From a bacterium (lineage in GTDB: Bacteria; UBA8248), in contig OY843592.1 of assembly GCA_963692865.2 (NCBI GenBank), forward strand, positions 3,712,001-3,776,000: 64,000 bases of DNA. The letters are read 5' to 3'. Shown here in pieces: positions 29,242 through 39,960 of this stretch. The notes beneath the pieces are model-generated. The model ran no database searches, was not told the DNA's origin, and saw only the letters and a list, made by a program, of their open reading frames with translations. A program made the position numbers and the translations under genes. How positions within the stretch are numbered: position 1 is the first letter of the stretch; each line of letters starts with the position of its first letter.

Positions 29242-30204
29242 CTATTTCTTCTTCACGAGCTTGTTCACGAGCGCCTTCATGTTGTTGTTTTCCTCCACCA
29301 TGAAGGACTCGAAGTCCTTTCCGCTCATGTAGATCACCCGCTCGCCCATGCGCTTCACCATGGACTGGAAGGATTTGTCCTTCACCCCCTTGTCGAAGGC
29401 CGCCCGGAGCTTGGCCAGGATGTCGGCGGGCGTCTTCTTCGAAGCGAAGACCGTGCGGAACATGGCGAACTGGACGTCGAAGCCCTGCTCCTTCATGGTC
29501 GGCAGGTCGGGAAGCTGGGGCAGCCGGTCCGGCGCGGTGATGGCGAGAACGCGGACCGCCCCCTTGGAGAGCTGGGGCATCACCGTGGAGGCGAAGGCGG
29601 GAGCGATGTCGATGTGCCCGCCGAGGAAGGCCTTCCAGGTGGGGCCGCCGCCCTGGAACGGAACGAACTTCAGCTTGATGCCCGCCTTGAGCGAGAGAAG
29701 CTCCATGGGAATCTGGTCCACCCCCAGGCCGGGCACGCCGCCGAAGGATATCTTGCCCGGCCTGCGCTTGGCGTCCTCGATCAGGTCGCGCAGGTTCTTC
29801 CAGGGGGCGTCCTTCTTCACGGTGATGAGGAGGGGGCTGTAGTTGATTCGCCCCACCGGCGCGAAGGACGCCGCGGAATAGGGGAGGCTCTCCAGGAGAG
29901 GCTTCACCAGGATGCTCTGCTGGTCGCCCAGGATCAGGGTGTGCCCGTCCGCCCGCGCGCGGGCCACGAAGCTCGCCCCGATGGAGCCGCCGCCGCCCGC
30001 CCGGATGACCGCGAGCATGGGCTGGCCCAGATAGGGTTCCATGACGCTCGCGAAGGCGCGCGCGTGCGCGTCGTGCGAGCCGCCCGGCGAATAGGGGATG
30101 ACCAGCCGGACGGGCTTGTTCGGGAACTTCGCGGCTTCTGCGTGGGTCGGCGCCAGCCACAGCGCCATGGCCGCGATGAGTAAAACTGCCGAGAGTCTTT
30201 TCAT
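29242..30204 (-). CDS. tctC: TctC/Bug tripartite tricarboxylate transporter substrate-binding protein
   Basis: Signal peptide, FPNKPVRLVIPYSPGGSHD, GGGGSIG, ADGHTL, LPDLPTMKEQG. Confidence 0.92.
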   Translation of the reverse strand: MKRLSAVLLIAAMALWLAPTHAEAAKFPNKPVRLVIPYSPGGSHDAHARAFASVMEPYLGQPMLAVIRAGGGGSIGASFVARARADGHTLILGDQQSILVKPLLESLPYSAASFAPVGRINYSPLLITVKKDAPWKNLRDLIEDAKRRPGKISFGGVPGLGVDQIPMELLSLKAGIKLKFVPFQGGGPTWKAFLGGHIDIAPAFASTVMPQLSKGAVRVLAITAPDRLPQLPDLPTMKEQGFDVQFAMFRTVFASKKTPADILAKLRAAFDKGVKDKSFQSMVKRMGERVIYMSGKDFESFMVEENNNMKALVNKLVKKK

Positions 30205-30273
30205 GGGAATTCCCTCCTGTGGGTTGTTCCTGCCTTCCGTGAAATCACGCGCCCCGATTTGGTGAAGCCCTGC

Positions 30274-31779
30274 TCATTCATCGCCGGCCGGCGGGGATCG
30301 GCGGCGGGCGCCCCAGACGACGACACCTGCAGCCAGCAAAATGAAGACGAGAGAAATTGGCCGTCGGATGAACAGGGAGGGGTCGCCGTCTCCCAGGATG
30401 AGCGATTGTCCCAGGGAAGACTCGAACGCCCGGCCCAGAATGAATGTGATGATCAGGGGGGCTACGGGGAAGTCGAATTTTCGGAGAAAATAGCCCACCA
30501 CCCCGAAGACCAGCATCACCTTCACGTCGAAGAAGCTGTTGTTCAGCGCGTACGTCCCCACCACGCAGAACGCCGCCACCACGGGGAAGACCGCCTTCTT
30601 CGGGAGCCGCGCGATCCGGGCCACGTAGCGCAGGCTGAAGTGCCCGAGTATGAGCATGAGGACGTTGCAGAGCAGCATGGCGATCAGGATGCTGTAGACG
30701 ATCGCGCCGTGATCCTCGAACAGCCGCGGTCCCGGCCGGAGCCCCTGCACCATGAAGGCGGCGAAAAGCACCGCGGTCACGATGTCGCCCGGAATGCCGA
30801 AGCTGAGCAGGGGGATGAGGCTCGAACCGTTGACCGCGTTGTTGCCGGTCTCGGCGGCGGCCACTCCCTCCAGCGATCCTTTCCCGAAACGCTCGGGCTC
30901 CCTGGACCTCCGGTAGGCCAGGCCGTAGGAGACGAACGCGGACACCACCTGGCCCAGTCCCGGTATCGCGCCGATGATCGTGCCGACCACCGCAGAGCGG
31001 GAGATCGTCCGGCCGCAGTTCTTGAACTCCGCCAGGGTCAGGGGTTCGTTGCCCTCGGCGCGCCACGCGGTCATGCGGCTCTCATCCTCGGTATCCCGCT
31101 CCTCCCGGCTCCTCTCCCCGTAGAGGAATATCTCCGAGAGCGCGAAGATTCCGATCAGCATCGCGATGAACGAGATGCCTCCTGTGAGGTCCACCGAACC
31201 GAAGGTGAAGCGCCGCACCCCGATCAGGGGGTCCAGGCCGACCGAACTCAGAAACAGCCCGAGGGCGGCGGACATCAGCCCCCGGATCACCGAGCGGCCC
31301 GTGACGCAACTGATGATGGCGAAGCTGAATATGAAGATGGCGAAATATTCCGGGGGACCCACCAGGAGGGCGACCGCCGCGATGGCGCCCGCGATGAAGA
31401 TGGTGACGAGATCGCTGAAGGTGTCCCCGATGACGGAGGAGTAGAGGGCCATCTCGAGGGCCTTTCTCGCCTTGCCCTGCCGGGCGAGGGGGTAGCCGTC
31501 CAGGACGGTGGCGGCGGCCGCTCCCGTCCCCGGCGTGTTGATGAGAATCGCGGGTATCGATCCGCCGAAAATCGCTCCCTTCGTGATGGCCAGGAGGAAG
31601 GGAATCCCCAGAACGGGTTCGACGAAGAAGGAGACCGGCAGCAGAACCGCCACCGCCATCGCGGCCGTGAGGCCGGGGAGGCCGCCCACCACGATCCCCA
31701 GCAGCATTCCGATCACCAGGACGGCCAGCACGTCGAAGCGCAGGCTCAGGAGCAGGCCTTCTCCCAGCTGGGCCCACAT
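30274..31779 (-). CDS. tctA: TctA tripartite tricarboxylate transporter permease
   Basis: GGLPGL, GGSIPAILINTPG, DGYPLARQG, EGVAAAETGNNA, GIPGD. Confidence 0.93.
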   Translation of the reverse strand: MWAQLGEGLLLSLRFDVLAVLVIGMLLGIVVGGLPGLTAAMAVAVLLPVSFFVEPVLGIPFLLAITKGAIFGGSIPAILINTPGTGAAAATVLDGYPLARQGKARKALEMALYSSVIGDTFSDLVTIFIAGAIAAVALLVGPPEYFAIFIFSFAIISCVTGRSVIRGLMSAALGLFLSSVGLDPLIGVRRFTFGSVDLTGGISFIAMLIGIFALSEIFLYGERSREERDTEDESRMTAWRAEGNEPLTLAEFKNCGRTISRSAVVGTIIGAIPGLGQVVSAFVSYGLAYRRSREPERFGKGSLEGVAAAETGNNAVNGSSLIPLLSFGIPGDIVTAVLFAAFMVQGLRPGPRLFEDHGAIVYSILIAMLLCNVLMLILGHFSLRYVARIARLPKKAVFPVVAAFCVVGTYALNNSFFDVKVMLVFGVVGYFLRKFDFPVAPLIITFILGRAFESSLGQSLILGDGDPSLFIRRPISLVFILLAAGVVVWGARRRSPPAGDE

Positions 31780-31780
31780 C

Positions 31781-32263
31781 CTAGAAAACCCCGCCCGAAA
31801 GTCTGCCTTCCGGCAGAACGACGCCCAGGAAATGCCCGAAGAAAACCCGGATGAAGAGCGGGGTGAGGAGGGAGATCAGCGCGATTGTCCGCCAATCACG
31901 CCCCCCGAGCTGAACGGCGAAAAGGGCGACCGCGACGGGGGTGGCGGGGAGCATTCCGAACCACTCGACGAGCAGGATGTAGAGGGCGAAGGTGGCGACC
32001 GGCGCCAGGGCGCGGGTCCGAAGCGGCCCGTCGGGAAGCGGCTCACGCCCGGAGGAGGCGGAGAACCAGCCTCGCGCGGCCATCAGGGCGGCCAAAATCG
32101 CCAGCAGGGAGAGGGCGAGCGAGGGAAAGGCGCCGGGCGGGAACGGAATGGTGCGCTCTCCCATCTTTCGGAGCAGCACCTGGCTGGGTATCAGCGCCAG
32201 TCCGGTCAGGCTGATGGCGAGAACGGCAAGCCCGACCCAGGTTTCCCAGTGGAACCGCTTCAT
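31781..32263 (-). CDS. tctB: TctB small membrane subunit
   Basis: Four TM helices, PGAFP, C-terminal FLGVVLPEG; directly upstream of tctA. Confidence 0.8.
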   Translation of the reverse strand: MKRFHWETWVGLAVLAISLTGLALIPSQVLLRKMGERTIPFPPGAFPSLALSLLAILAALMAARGWFSASSGREPLPDGPLRTRALAPVATFALYILLVEWFGMLPATPVAVALFAVQLGGRDWRTIALISLLTPLFIRVFFGHFLGVVLPEGRLSGGVF

Positions 32264-32688
32264 GGTGCTTGCCCTCCAGCGGGGCGCTCACGACCACGAG
32301 GCCCGCTCCCGGAGCAAAGCGATGCGGCTATCGACCCAACGCGCTCCCGCGAAAATGCATCCCGGCGAAGGGCCACGCTTGCGTCGACCGCTTTGGGGCC
32401 AAGGGAGCCGTTATTTCGATTTTTGCAATGAACGCAGGATACGGGAGCGTATCCTGCCGGTCAAACGGCGTAGTTTCTCGAACTATACCGCGACCGCTTC
32501 CTTCTCGGAAAAGTGAAGTGAGAACTCCTGCTCGCTGCGGTAGGACGCGAACAAGTCGCGCAGTTGCACAGCAACTGAATGAGAAGCCCGCAGTTGCGAA
32601 TCAGGTCGTGAGCACATTTTCTGAGATATGCCGACTCGCCGATGGCAAAGGGATGGTTCTCGTGGGAATAAAGCCGTGCTGCGCGTTC

Positions 32689-32972
32689 GACTGCGGTCAA
32701 GGTTCTAGTCTCTCTACCGCGCCTTCTCCAAGCCCCCTAGGTCATCCCTAAAAATAAATCGGGGACAAACCTGCAAATGTTCGCTGACGCCTAGAATGCC
32801 GTCCACTCGAACGCAAGTCTTGAAGATAAGCGCCGACCTGCGGCATTGATATGACTCGCGCGCTCTGGTGCCCAAGGTGAGTTTCTCTATGATCGGTAAA
32901 CTCCTGGGTCACGCCCGGATCGAGATAATAGCGTACTACGCGTATTTAGTGCAGGAATCGGTTAGGGGGTAG
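32689..32972 (+). pseudogene. Decayed tyrosine recombinase/integrase, C-terminal fragment
   Basis: Manual translation gives STAVKVLVSLPR...*VIP...ASLED, then after a frameshift DLRH*YDSRAL...MIGKLLGHARIEIIAYYAYL. This matches the H-x-x-R-H / LLGH / catalytic-Tyr region, with internal stops. Confidence 0.75.
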
Positions 32973-33049
32973 CTGAGCAGGTCGCCAATTCAGTTAAGAA
33001 TACCATTAGCGTAACAGGAAGACCGGCTGACTACCGCCTTACCGGTGAG

Positions 33050-36000
33050 TCAATTCAATGACCTGCGTCTCAAGGCAAATTTAGCGTTAGCAATGATGGG
33101 CTGAATATTATTTTTTGAATCTATGTTGTGGCTGGACAAAATACCGAGGTGGTGCCGTTTCCCAAACTGGATGACAATGGTTGCAGCAAGCTCCAGCGCC
33201 TTAATGTCTCTTTGGTGGCTTAACCAAGTCTCCAAGACATTCATCATGTGGTCAGCAGTTCTTGCGGTCTTAAGAAATCTTTCGGCCCAATTACGAGCCC
33301 ATAACCCGTGCGCTTGGCCTATTTTGTTGTCTAACTCTGCCATTGCCCGGTTGTCATCTAGATACATATTATAATTGGTTGATTTTACCCGAGTGTCGAG
33401 GTGCTGTCGGCGTAATTCCAACCAGCCATGAGTGTTGCACGTTTCCCAGAGTCGCAAGATTTCATGCTCTCCAAGATAATCGAAATACGGCAATAGAACC
33501 TGAACCTGCTCAATTCGTGTAATTCCCTGTCGGCCTTTTGTCCAGAGCCCAAATTTTATCGCGAGGTGTTGAAACATGGATTTTGGATCGGGGCAGTTAT
33601 TGATCGTTTCCCCGACGAGATCCGAAAGGCGAGGGTTTGCTGTGTATAGAGCCGCCTGCACGAAATAGCGCGAAAAGCGTAAACTTTCCCAGTGCTTAAT
33701 CAGCAACTGTGTCGATTTCCCTGTGGGAAGTTCCATCAATCGCTCAGCTAATATCCAGTCGATATCCGAAGTGTTATCGCAATCCCAACTACGTTTCACC
33801 GTCTCACCTCGTCGATTCAAAGCCTTGTCGAGGCAATCCGTTAAATCATCTGACCAGATGTAACGCCCGGCTTGCCACCAATAAGGGCCAGCGTCCTGTT
33901 GCAGTTTTTCAACTAGTCCAGGGATGGCCTCAATGTCTTCTCGGCGCAGCCTTTGAAACAACGCTTTATCTGAGAGTTCGTCATCAGCGCAGACGGCTCG
34001 AAGAGCTAGAATGTCTCCTTCCGCTGTTGTAGAGCACCAAACCTGGAAGGCTCGCGACCTTAAATGCTTGCCATGATATTTTTCTGACCAAATCTGATGA
34101 AGTCGGTTACGTGATGCTTTTGACATCGCACGCCCTGTTTTTTCTTGCCGTAGCTCCCATTCATCTTCTGCCGTTATCCCGAATATTGAAATATTGCCCG
34201 TTTGTTCTAGTCGTTTGTCGGTTTCAGCTTGTTCCCGCACTACGAACTCTACCGCATCAGGATGGTCGACGCCGCTCAACATATAAGTAATTGGCCATCG
34301 CAACTCCGGCGAAATTGCCCGCTCGATAAAATACCGGATGGCGCTTTCAGGGAGTTTGTCCCGAAATGCCCAACGAATGTTATAAGCAGCTAGGCTATCT
34401 CGGGGTGAACTTGAATGTTCTTTTTCTGGTTGATCCGACAGCATCGCCCAACTATCGCAAACGGGAGCTAGGAGATCCGCAACTGAATCACCACAGCATT
34501 GAGCACTGGCCCACAAGTAATCCGCAAGCCTTTCAATCCGACTCCCATCGCTCAACCACGCCGTCATGATTGCATCCGCAAGCTTCGGGTTTCCGAGATG
34601 GCCAGCCAATCTCAGTGCACCGGATCTGCTACCGTGTGCCAGTTGGTCTTTGTGCAAAAATTTTTCCAGCGCGCGCATAAGACTTCTGGGAAATCGTTGT
34701 TGTACATGTTCGATTAACTCCAAATGTCCGATGACCGTTATGCCCGGTTCATTAAGGTGACACAGTTTGATGCCCGCCACGAAATCGCCGTTCCGAAATC
34801 TGGCACGTAATCCCCACCAATTATCTTTATCGTGGCGATAACTTTGAACAAGCGAAGTGATATATGATGCATCGATTTCAGAGAGGACCCGGAGCGTATT
34901 CCATCGTAAATCGTGGTTTTGAGCGCCATGGGTAGAGTCTCTATCCAGCCAAGCTTCGGCGGCCTTGAGAATGGCTTGATGCAGATGATTTGTGGGTTCT
35001 CCAAAGATTCGCATTGCGTAGAAAAGCGCAAGGGGATTGGCTTCCTTGACCTTTTCAACCGTTCCCACTGGAATATCTTCACGAGCCAACGCTGCTCCGA
35101 TGATTTCTGCGAAATAAGGTTCCTCAAGCATTTTGTCCGGCATGGCATTGCGGCGTAAGAGATCCGCGGCAGCATCGACATGAAGCCAATCGAGAACGCG
35201 ATCATGACGAAATTCTATTTGCTCGTTTGACGTGGAGCCGACAATGCGAACGACTTCGCCAAACTGAATAATATGGCGGAGCATTTTCGTGGTATCGGGA
35301 GTGTTTTTGAACCAAGAGGTGACGTCAGTCATGACAGGTTCAAGACAACGTCGCTCAAGCATCTCCGTGGCGAAATATCTTAACGTCTCTTGATATTCTC
35401 TTGCTGTAAACTCACTGCGACTTCCAGAAAGTCGTTCAAGACTGCCTCCGATAAATTTACGAATAACGTGTTCGGGAGCTGGTGCTACTCCGGGACCCTG
35501 CAGGCTTATAAGAAGGGGGTCGTGGCCTAGGGCTGACGCCACCGTTTCCGCTTCGAGCTTTGTTACTGGAGTGTCCGCTAACTCGCAACGCCGCTGTACG
35601 GCGGCGAGCCCTTCTTCTGTGGTGAAGGAAGAGACCGTAAGCACTAACTCGCCAATCTTCTTGCGGGCTTCATGAGCAAGCGATGTGAGCATCTTGGGCC
35701 ATACAGGACAAAGAATCTGCCAACTCCCGAGATGATTGTGACCTATCTGCCTGGAGCGCCACTGCATTAGCCTTTCGATGAGTATGGTAGGTTGTCCTGA
35801 TTTCTTGATATCTTCTACTACCATTAACAATGGCATACGCTCCGACGACATGGCGCAAGCTTCCCTTCCCGTACCAGAAGCAAGCCATGGATGTAGTTGT
35901 CTTAGTGTGTCTTCGATAGCCTGCTCAAGTGAGGAAGTTGTTGCGATTACTTCATGTGGAACGATTAATCCAAATCCTCCTGCCTCAATATGTGCATTCA

Positions 36001-36742
36001 GGCGCTTATGGCATGCAACGCTCTTACCGAAACCCGACTCGCCGGTGATAAAAACCAGATCGCGACCGGCTGTGTTTTCCAATGCTTGGTCTAGCTGGCG
36101 GTCGATCCACAACTCGCTACTGTCGAATAATCTGCTGTTTTGAAGACTACGTTGCGATAAATCACGCAACAACTCTTCTGACAGACGCTCCTGATCTATT
36201 CCAAAATATTTGTTACGAATCCACTGTCCCGTTGCATCGTAGTCGAGAAAATGCGCTATCGCCGACCTTGACCAGATAACGACATCAAGGCCAACGGCAT
36301 TACCGGCAGCAGTGACTTCACTCATTAGTGACGCCGACGGTTCTTTGTTTGTCGTCAGGATAAGTGTCGCCCGCAGGTCAGGTATACGCTGCCGATGTTC
36401 CGCGAACAGTTCAGCAGTCTTTACCAGATCTCCGGGTGGACTGGTCGTCTTTCGCTGTTGCTCCGGTTTGCTTTTTGATGGGTCATGGAGCCATTTTGAT
36501 TTTAGTTTCTCGCTACTACTGATGGTATGTTGTACCGTAATCATGTGCGGTGGGTCTGCGCCGGGCACAAAGCCGAGCCCATCGACTGGACCAGGAATTG
36601 TCTTCCCCTGCAGGTTCACTCCAAGATGAGTGAGCAGACGATATCGCTGATCCGCCTCGCGTAATACGGCCGTCGCAAGATCCTCAAACAGGCCTTCATC
36701 TGTGATCTCAGATAACCTTCGCTGTGTCTCTCTATTCGACAT
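33050..36742 (-). CDS. Large STAND/NACHT-type NTPase with N-terminal restriction-endonuclease-like domain (candidate Avs-like defence protein)
   Basis: N-terminal FEDLATAVL...VDG...VQHT; Walker A GESGFGKS; Walker B LMVVED; GHDPLL; FRHDRVLDW; long helical C-terminus. Lower GC than the flanks. Confidence 0.7.
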   Translation of the reverse strand: MSNRETQRRLSEITDEGLFEDLATAVLREADQRYRLLTHLGVNLQGKTIPGPVDGLGFVPGADPPHMITVQHTISSSEKLKSKWLHDPSKSKPEQQRKTTSPPGDLVKTAELFAEHRQRIPDLRATLILTTNKEPSASLMSEVTAAGNAVGLDVVIWSRSAIAHFLDYDATGQWIRNKYFGIDQERLSEELLRDLSQRSLQNSRLFDSSELWIDRQLDQALENTAGRDLVFITGESGFGKSVACHKRLNAHIEAGGFGLIVPHEVIATTSSLEQAIEDTLRQLHPWLASGTGREACAMSSERMPLLMVVEDIKKSGQPTILIERLMQWRSRQIGHNHLGSWQILCPVWPKMLTSLAHEARKKIGELVLTVSSFTTEEGLAAVQRRCELADTPVTKLEAETVASALGHDPLLISLQGPGVAPAPEHVIRKFIGGSLERLSGSRSEFTAREYQETLRYFATEMLERRCLEPVMTDVTSWFKNTPDTTKMLRHIIQFGEVVRIVGSTSNEQIEFRHDRVLDWLHVDAAADLLRRNAMPDKMLEEPYFAEIIGAALAREDIPVGTVEKVKEANPLALFYAMRIFGEPTNHLHQAILKAAEAWLDRDSTHGAQNHDLRWNTLRVLSEIDASYITSLVQSYRHDKDNWWGLRARFRNGDFVAGIKLCHLNEPGITVIGHLELIEHVQQRFPRSLMRALEKFLHKDQLAHGSRSGALRLAGHLGNPKLADAIMTAWLSDGSRIERLADYLWASAQCCGDSVADLLAPVCDSWAMLSDQPEKEHSSSPRDSLAAYNIRWAFRDKLPESAIRYFIERAISPELRWPITYMLSGVDHPDAVEFVVREQAETDKRLEQTGNISIFGITAEDEWELRQEKTGRAMSKASRNRLHQIWSEKYHGKHLRSRAFQVWCSTTAEGDILALRAVCADDELSDKALFQRLRREDIEAIPGLVEKLQQDAGPYWWQAGRYIWSDDLTDCLDKALNRRGETVKRSWDCDNTSDIDWILAERLMELPTGKSTQLLIKHWESLRFSRYFVQAALYTANPRLSDLVGETINNCPDPKSMFQHLAIKFGLWTKGRQGITRIEQVQVLLPYFDYLGEHEILRLWETCNTHGWLELRRQHLDTRVKSTNYNMYLDDNRAMAELDNKIGQAHGLWARNWAERFLKTARTADHMMNVLETWLSHQRDIKALELAATIVIQFGKRHHLGILSSHNIDSKNNIQPIIANAKFALRRRSLN

Positions 36743-37259
36743 GGGCTAGTACTTGGATATGGAATATAGAGGAATCGTTCCCTGCAAATCGAAACCCTGT
36801 CACCCAGGGAATCCCAAAGATGCTACCGGTATCCGGCACTTTTCGACAGCAGCATTTTTTTCCAAGTTGTGAAATCTCCTTCGTAATAATAGCTTGGAAA
36901 GAACCCATCAAGCCATGGATAATCAGAAACGACTCTTGTCTCACTTCGTCAGCTATGACACGTAATTAGTGTCGGTGTCTAGGTTGAATTGTATATCCTT
37001 AAAATTGGAATCGTATTAAGCTTGTCTTACATTCGACCGAGGATTCCGAGAACAGGACACATTCCTTCGAACATTGCTGTCCCTTAGAGGATCGTAAAGC
37101 TAGAAGTTCTCCGCGACCGCTACTCCACCGGGTAAGGGAAAAATCTACCAAACGCTTAACCTATGCTCTTTCGCCTCGGTTGTCATCAAAAACCCCCTTG
37201 TGTAGGGTTTATTTATAGCAATTTTCAAATCTCTGAAATCCTGCGCAGGGGGGGACGCC

Positions 37260-38648
37260 ATGGCCACAAAGACCAGGGTGGATGTCCTGATTGAGAACGG
37301 AACCGTCGTCACCGTGGACCCGGAGCGGAGGGTCATCCGGCGCGGCGCGGTCGCCATCACGAGGAACCGCATCAAGGACGTCGGGAAGGCATCGGCGCTC
37401 AAGAAAAAATACGAGGCCAGACGCACCTACGACGCCGCCATGAAGCTCGTCACCCCAGGTCTCATCAACGCGCACATCCACTTCTATCACCACATGCACC
37501 GGGGGCTCTCGCCCGAGACCCTGGCGGGGATGCAATGGTCCGACTTCGTCCACCGCAAGGTCGCCACCATCGTGAACGCCGAGGACGAGATATGGGGCGG
37601 CCTCGGCATTCTGGTCGAAACCTTGAAGACGGGCGTGACGACCTTCCTCGAGGCGGGTTCCTACAACCCCGGCCCCGTCATCGAAGGCGTCTCGCGAATC
37701 GGGATGCGCGGCCTCATGGGCCGAAGGTCGTTCGACATGGTGAGCCAGGGCCACGAGATGCTGGTCGAGAGCACCCGGAAGTGCCTGAACGAGAACGAGA
37801 AGTTCATGAAGGACTACCGGGGCGGGGTGGGGCTGGTGAAGCCCTGCGTCGTCGTGGTCGGGATGGGGCGCTGCTCGGACCGGCTCTACGTCAAGTCCAA
37901 GGAGATGGCGGACAACTACAGGACCATCCTCCACATGCACCAGGCCAACATGATCGAGAACGTCCAGGAGAGCCTGAGCCTGAACGGCGCCCGCCCCATC
38001 GAGCATCTCTACGACATCGGCGTCCTCGGGAAGAACGTGGCCCTCACACACATGATCCACGTGAGCGCAAAGGAGATCGGGCTTCTCGCCGAGACGCGGA
38101 CGAACGTCCTGCACTGTCCGAGCACCGCCATGAAGATCAGCTACGGCCTCGCCGCCTTCGGGAAATTCCCGGAGATGATGGAGGCGGGCGTCAACGTCGC
38201 CATCGGCACCGACGCGTCCGACTGCTCGAACTTCAACGACATGGTGCGCCTCATCTACCTGGCGGCGGCGACGCCCAAGGACTACCGCTACGACCCGGCC
38301 GCCGGCAGCGCAGAGAAGGCCATCGAGATGGCGACCATCAACGCCGCCAGGGCGTTGAACATGGAACAAGAGATCGGCTCCATCGAACCGGGGAAGAAGG
38401 CCGACATCGCCATCTTCGACATGAATCGGCCGGACTGGGTCCCCCTCTACAACGAGATACAGAATTTCGTCTATTCGGCCCAGGGGAACAGCTGCGAGAG
38501 CGTCATGGTCGACGGGAAGTTCCTGATGGAGAACCGCGAGGTCAAATCGGTGGACGAGGCGGAGATCGTGGAGCGGATCGGGCGCCTGGCGAAAGGAGTC
38601 CTGAAGCGGAGCAAGGTGCCGCTCTACAGCCCGTGGAAATTCGTCTAG
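37260..38648 (+). CDS. Amidohydrolase (MtaD/AtzA-like deaminase family)
   Basis: PGLINAHIH, LHMH, HMIH, HCP, AIGTD, AIEMATINAARAL, GSIEPGKKAD. Confidence 0.9.
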   Translation: MATKTRVDVLIENGTVVTVDPERRVIRRGAVAITRNRIKDVGKASALKKKYEARRTYDAAMKLVTPGLINAHIHFYHHMHRGLSPETLAGMQWSDFVHRKVATIVNAEDEIWGGLGILVETLKTGVTTFLEAGSYNPGPVIEGVSRIGMRGLMGRRSFDMVSQGHEMLVESTRKCLNENEKFMKDYRGGVGLVKPCVVVVGMGRCSDRLYVKSKEMADNYRTILHMHQANMIENVQESLSLNGARPIEHLYDIGVLGKNVALTHMIHVSAKEIGLLAETRTNVLHCPSTAMKISYGLAAFGKFPEMMEAGVNVAIGTDASDCSNFNDMVRLIYLAAATPKDYRYDPAAGSAEKAIEMATINAARALNMEQEIGSIEPGKKADIAIFDMNRPDWVPLYNEIQNFVYSAQGNSCESVMVDGKFLMENREVKSVDEAEIVERIGRLAKGVLKRSKVPLYSPWKFV

Positions 38649-38686
38649 GCGGGCGGAGCGCTTTCCCGGACGAGGAGGAGCCCCTC

Positions 38687-39820
38687 ATGACGCGCATCGC
38701 CACCACGCACGTCGGTTCGCTTCCCAGAAGCAGGCGGACGCTCGATTTTCTCTTCGCCCGCGACCGGGGCGAGGCCTGCGACCCGGACGAGTTCGCCGCC
38801 TGCATGGCGGAGGAATGCGCGGAGACGGTCCGCCGGCAGGTCGACGCCGGGGTCGACATCGTCTCCGACGGCGAGACGTCCAAGATTTCCTACACCACCT
38901 ACGTCAAGAACCGCTACACGGGCTTCTCGGGCAACAGCGAACGCGCCGTGCCGGGGGACCTCAAGCTCTTCCCGCGCTATCTCGAACGCCTCGCGCGCGA
39001 AGGCGGCACGCCGAAACTCGTCCGTCCGCAATGCACCGGGCCGGTGGAGCCCAAGGACGACGCGGAGCTTAAGGCCGACATCGAAAATTTCCAGAACGCG
39101 ATGGCGGCGCACGGCGCCGAGCGCGGATTCCTGAACGCGGCGTCGCCCGGCGTCGTCGCGCTGTTCATGCCGAACGCCTACTACCCCTCGCGCGACGCCT
39201 ACCTGGAAGCCCTCGCCGACGCGATGAAGCCCGAATACGACGCGATCTTAGCGGCCGGCTTCGACCTGCAGCTCGACTGCCCGGACCTGGGTCTCGCGCG
39301 CCACGTGCTGTACGAGGACCGCTCCGACGCAGAGTTCGGCGATATCGCGGCGGCCAACGTGGAAGTGCTGAACCACGCCCTGCGCGACGCCGACCCGGCG
39401 CGGGTGCGCGTCCACATCTGCTGGGGAAACTACGAGGGGCCGCACGTGTGCGACGTTGCGCTGGACCACGTGTTCTCCGCGCTCATGTCCGCCCGCGCCC
39501 GCTGCGTGCTGTTCGAGAACGCGAACCCGAGGCATGAGCACGAATGGACCGTATTCCGCGACCGCCGGGACGAGATTCCGGAAGACATGATCCTCGCGCC
39601 CGGCGTCATCGACACGACGAGCAACTTCGTGGAGCATCCCGAACTCGTCGCGCAGCGGATCTTGCGCTTCGTGGAGCTCGTGGGTCCCGAGCGGGTGGTC
39701 GCCGGAACCGACTGCGGGTTCGGGACGTTCGCCGGCTTCGGTTCGGTCGACCCCGACATCGTCTACGTCAAGCTGGCGGCCCTGGCCGAGGGCGCCGCCA
39801 TCGCGTCCGGGAGAATCTAA
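38687..39820 (+). CDS. Cobalamin-independent methionine synthase II / epoxyalkane:CoM transferase-like Zn protein
   Basis: TTHVGSLPR, DIVSDGE, HICWGNY, ENANPRHEHE, GTDCGFGT; GAGGAGGAG RBS before the ATG at 38687. Confidence 0.88.
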   Translation: MTRIATTHVGSLPRSRRTLDFLFARDRGEACDPDEFAACMAEECAETVRRQVDAGVDIVSDGETSKISYTTYVKNRYTGFSGNSERAVPGDLKLFPRYLERLAREGGTPKLVRPQCTGPVEPKDDAELKADIENFQNAMAAHGAERGFLNAASPGVVALFMPNAYYPSRDAYLEALADAMKPEYDAILAAGFDLQLDCPDLGLARHVLYEDRSDAEFGDIAAANVEVLNHALRDADPARVRVHICWGNYEGPHVCDVALDHVFSALMSARARCVLFENANPRHEHEWTVFRDRRDEIPEDMILAPGVIDTTSNFVEHPELVAQRILRFVELVGPERVVAGTDCGFGTFAGFGSVDPDIVYVKLAALAEGAAIASGRI

Positions 39821-39960
39821 GGCCAACCGGAACTGGCGCGCGAAACCCGGCGCCTCCCCCCTGACCGGCGATAAAGAGGAGTGAAAACAATTGGCTCGAC
39901 GACGGGGCTTGCATGACGATCTGTTTATGGACTATATTTGGTTCGATAAGGAGAGAGTCG

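Noticed and set aside
36745-36960. Possible gene remnant upstream of the STAND gene (DYPWLDGFFPSYYYEG...*)
   Set aside because: Short, interrupted and not assignable to any family by eye.
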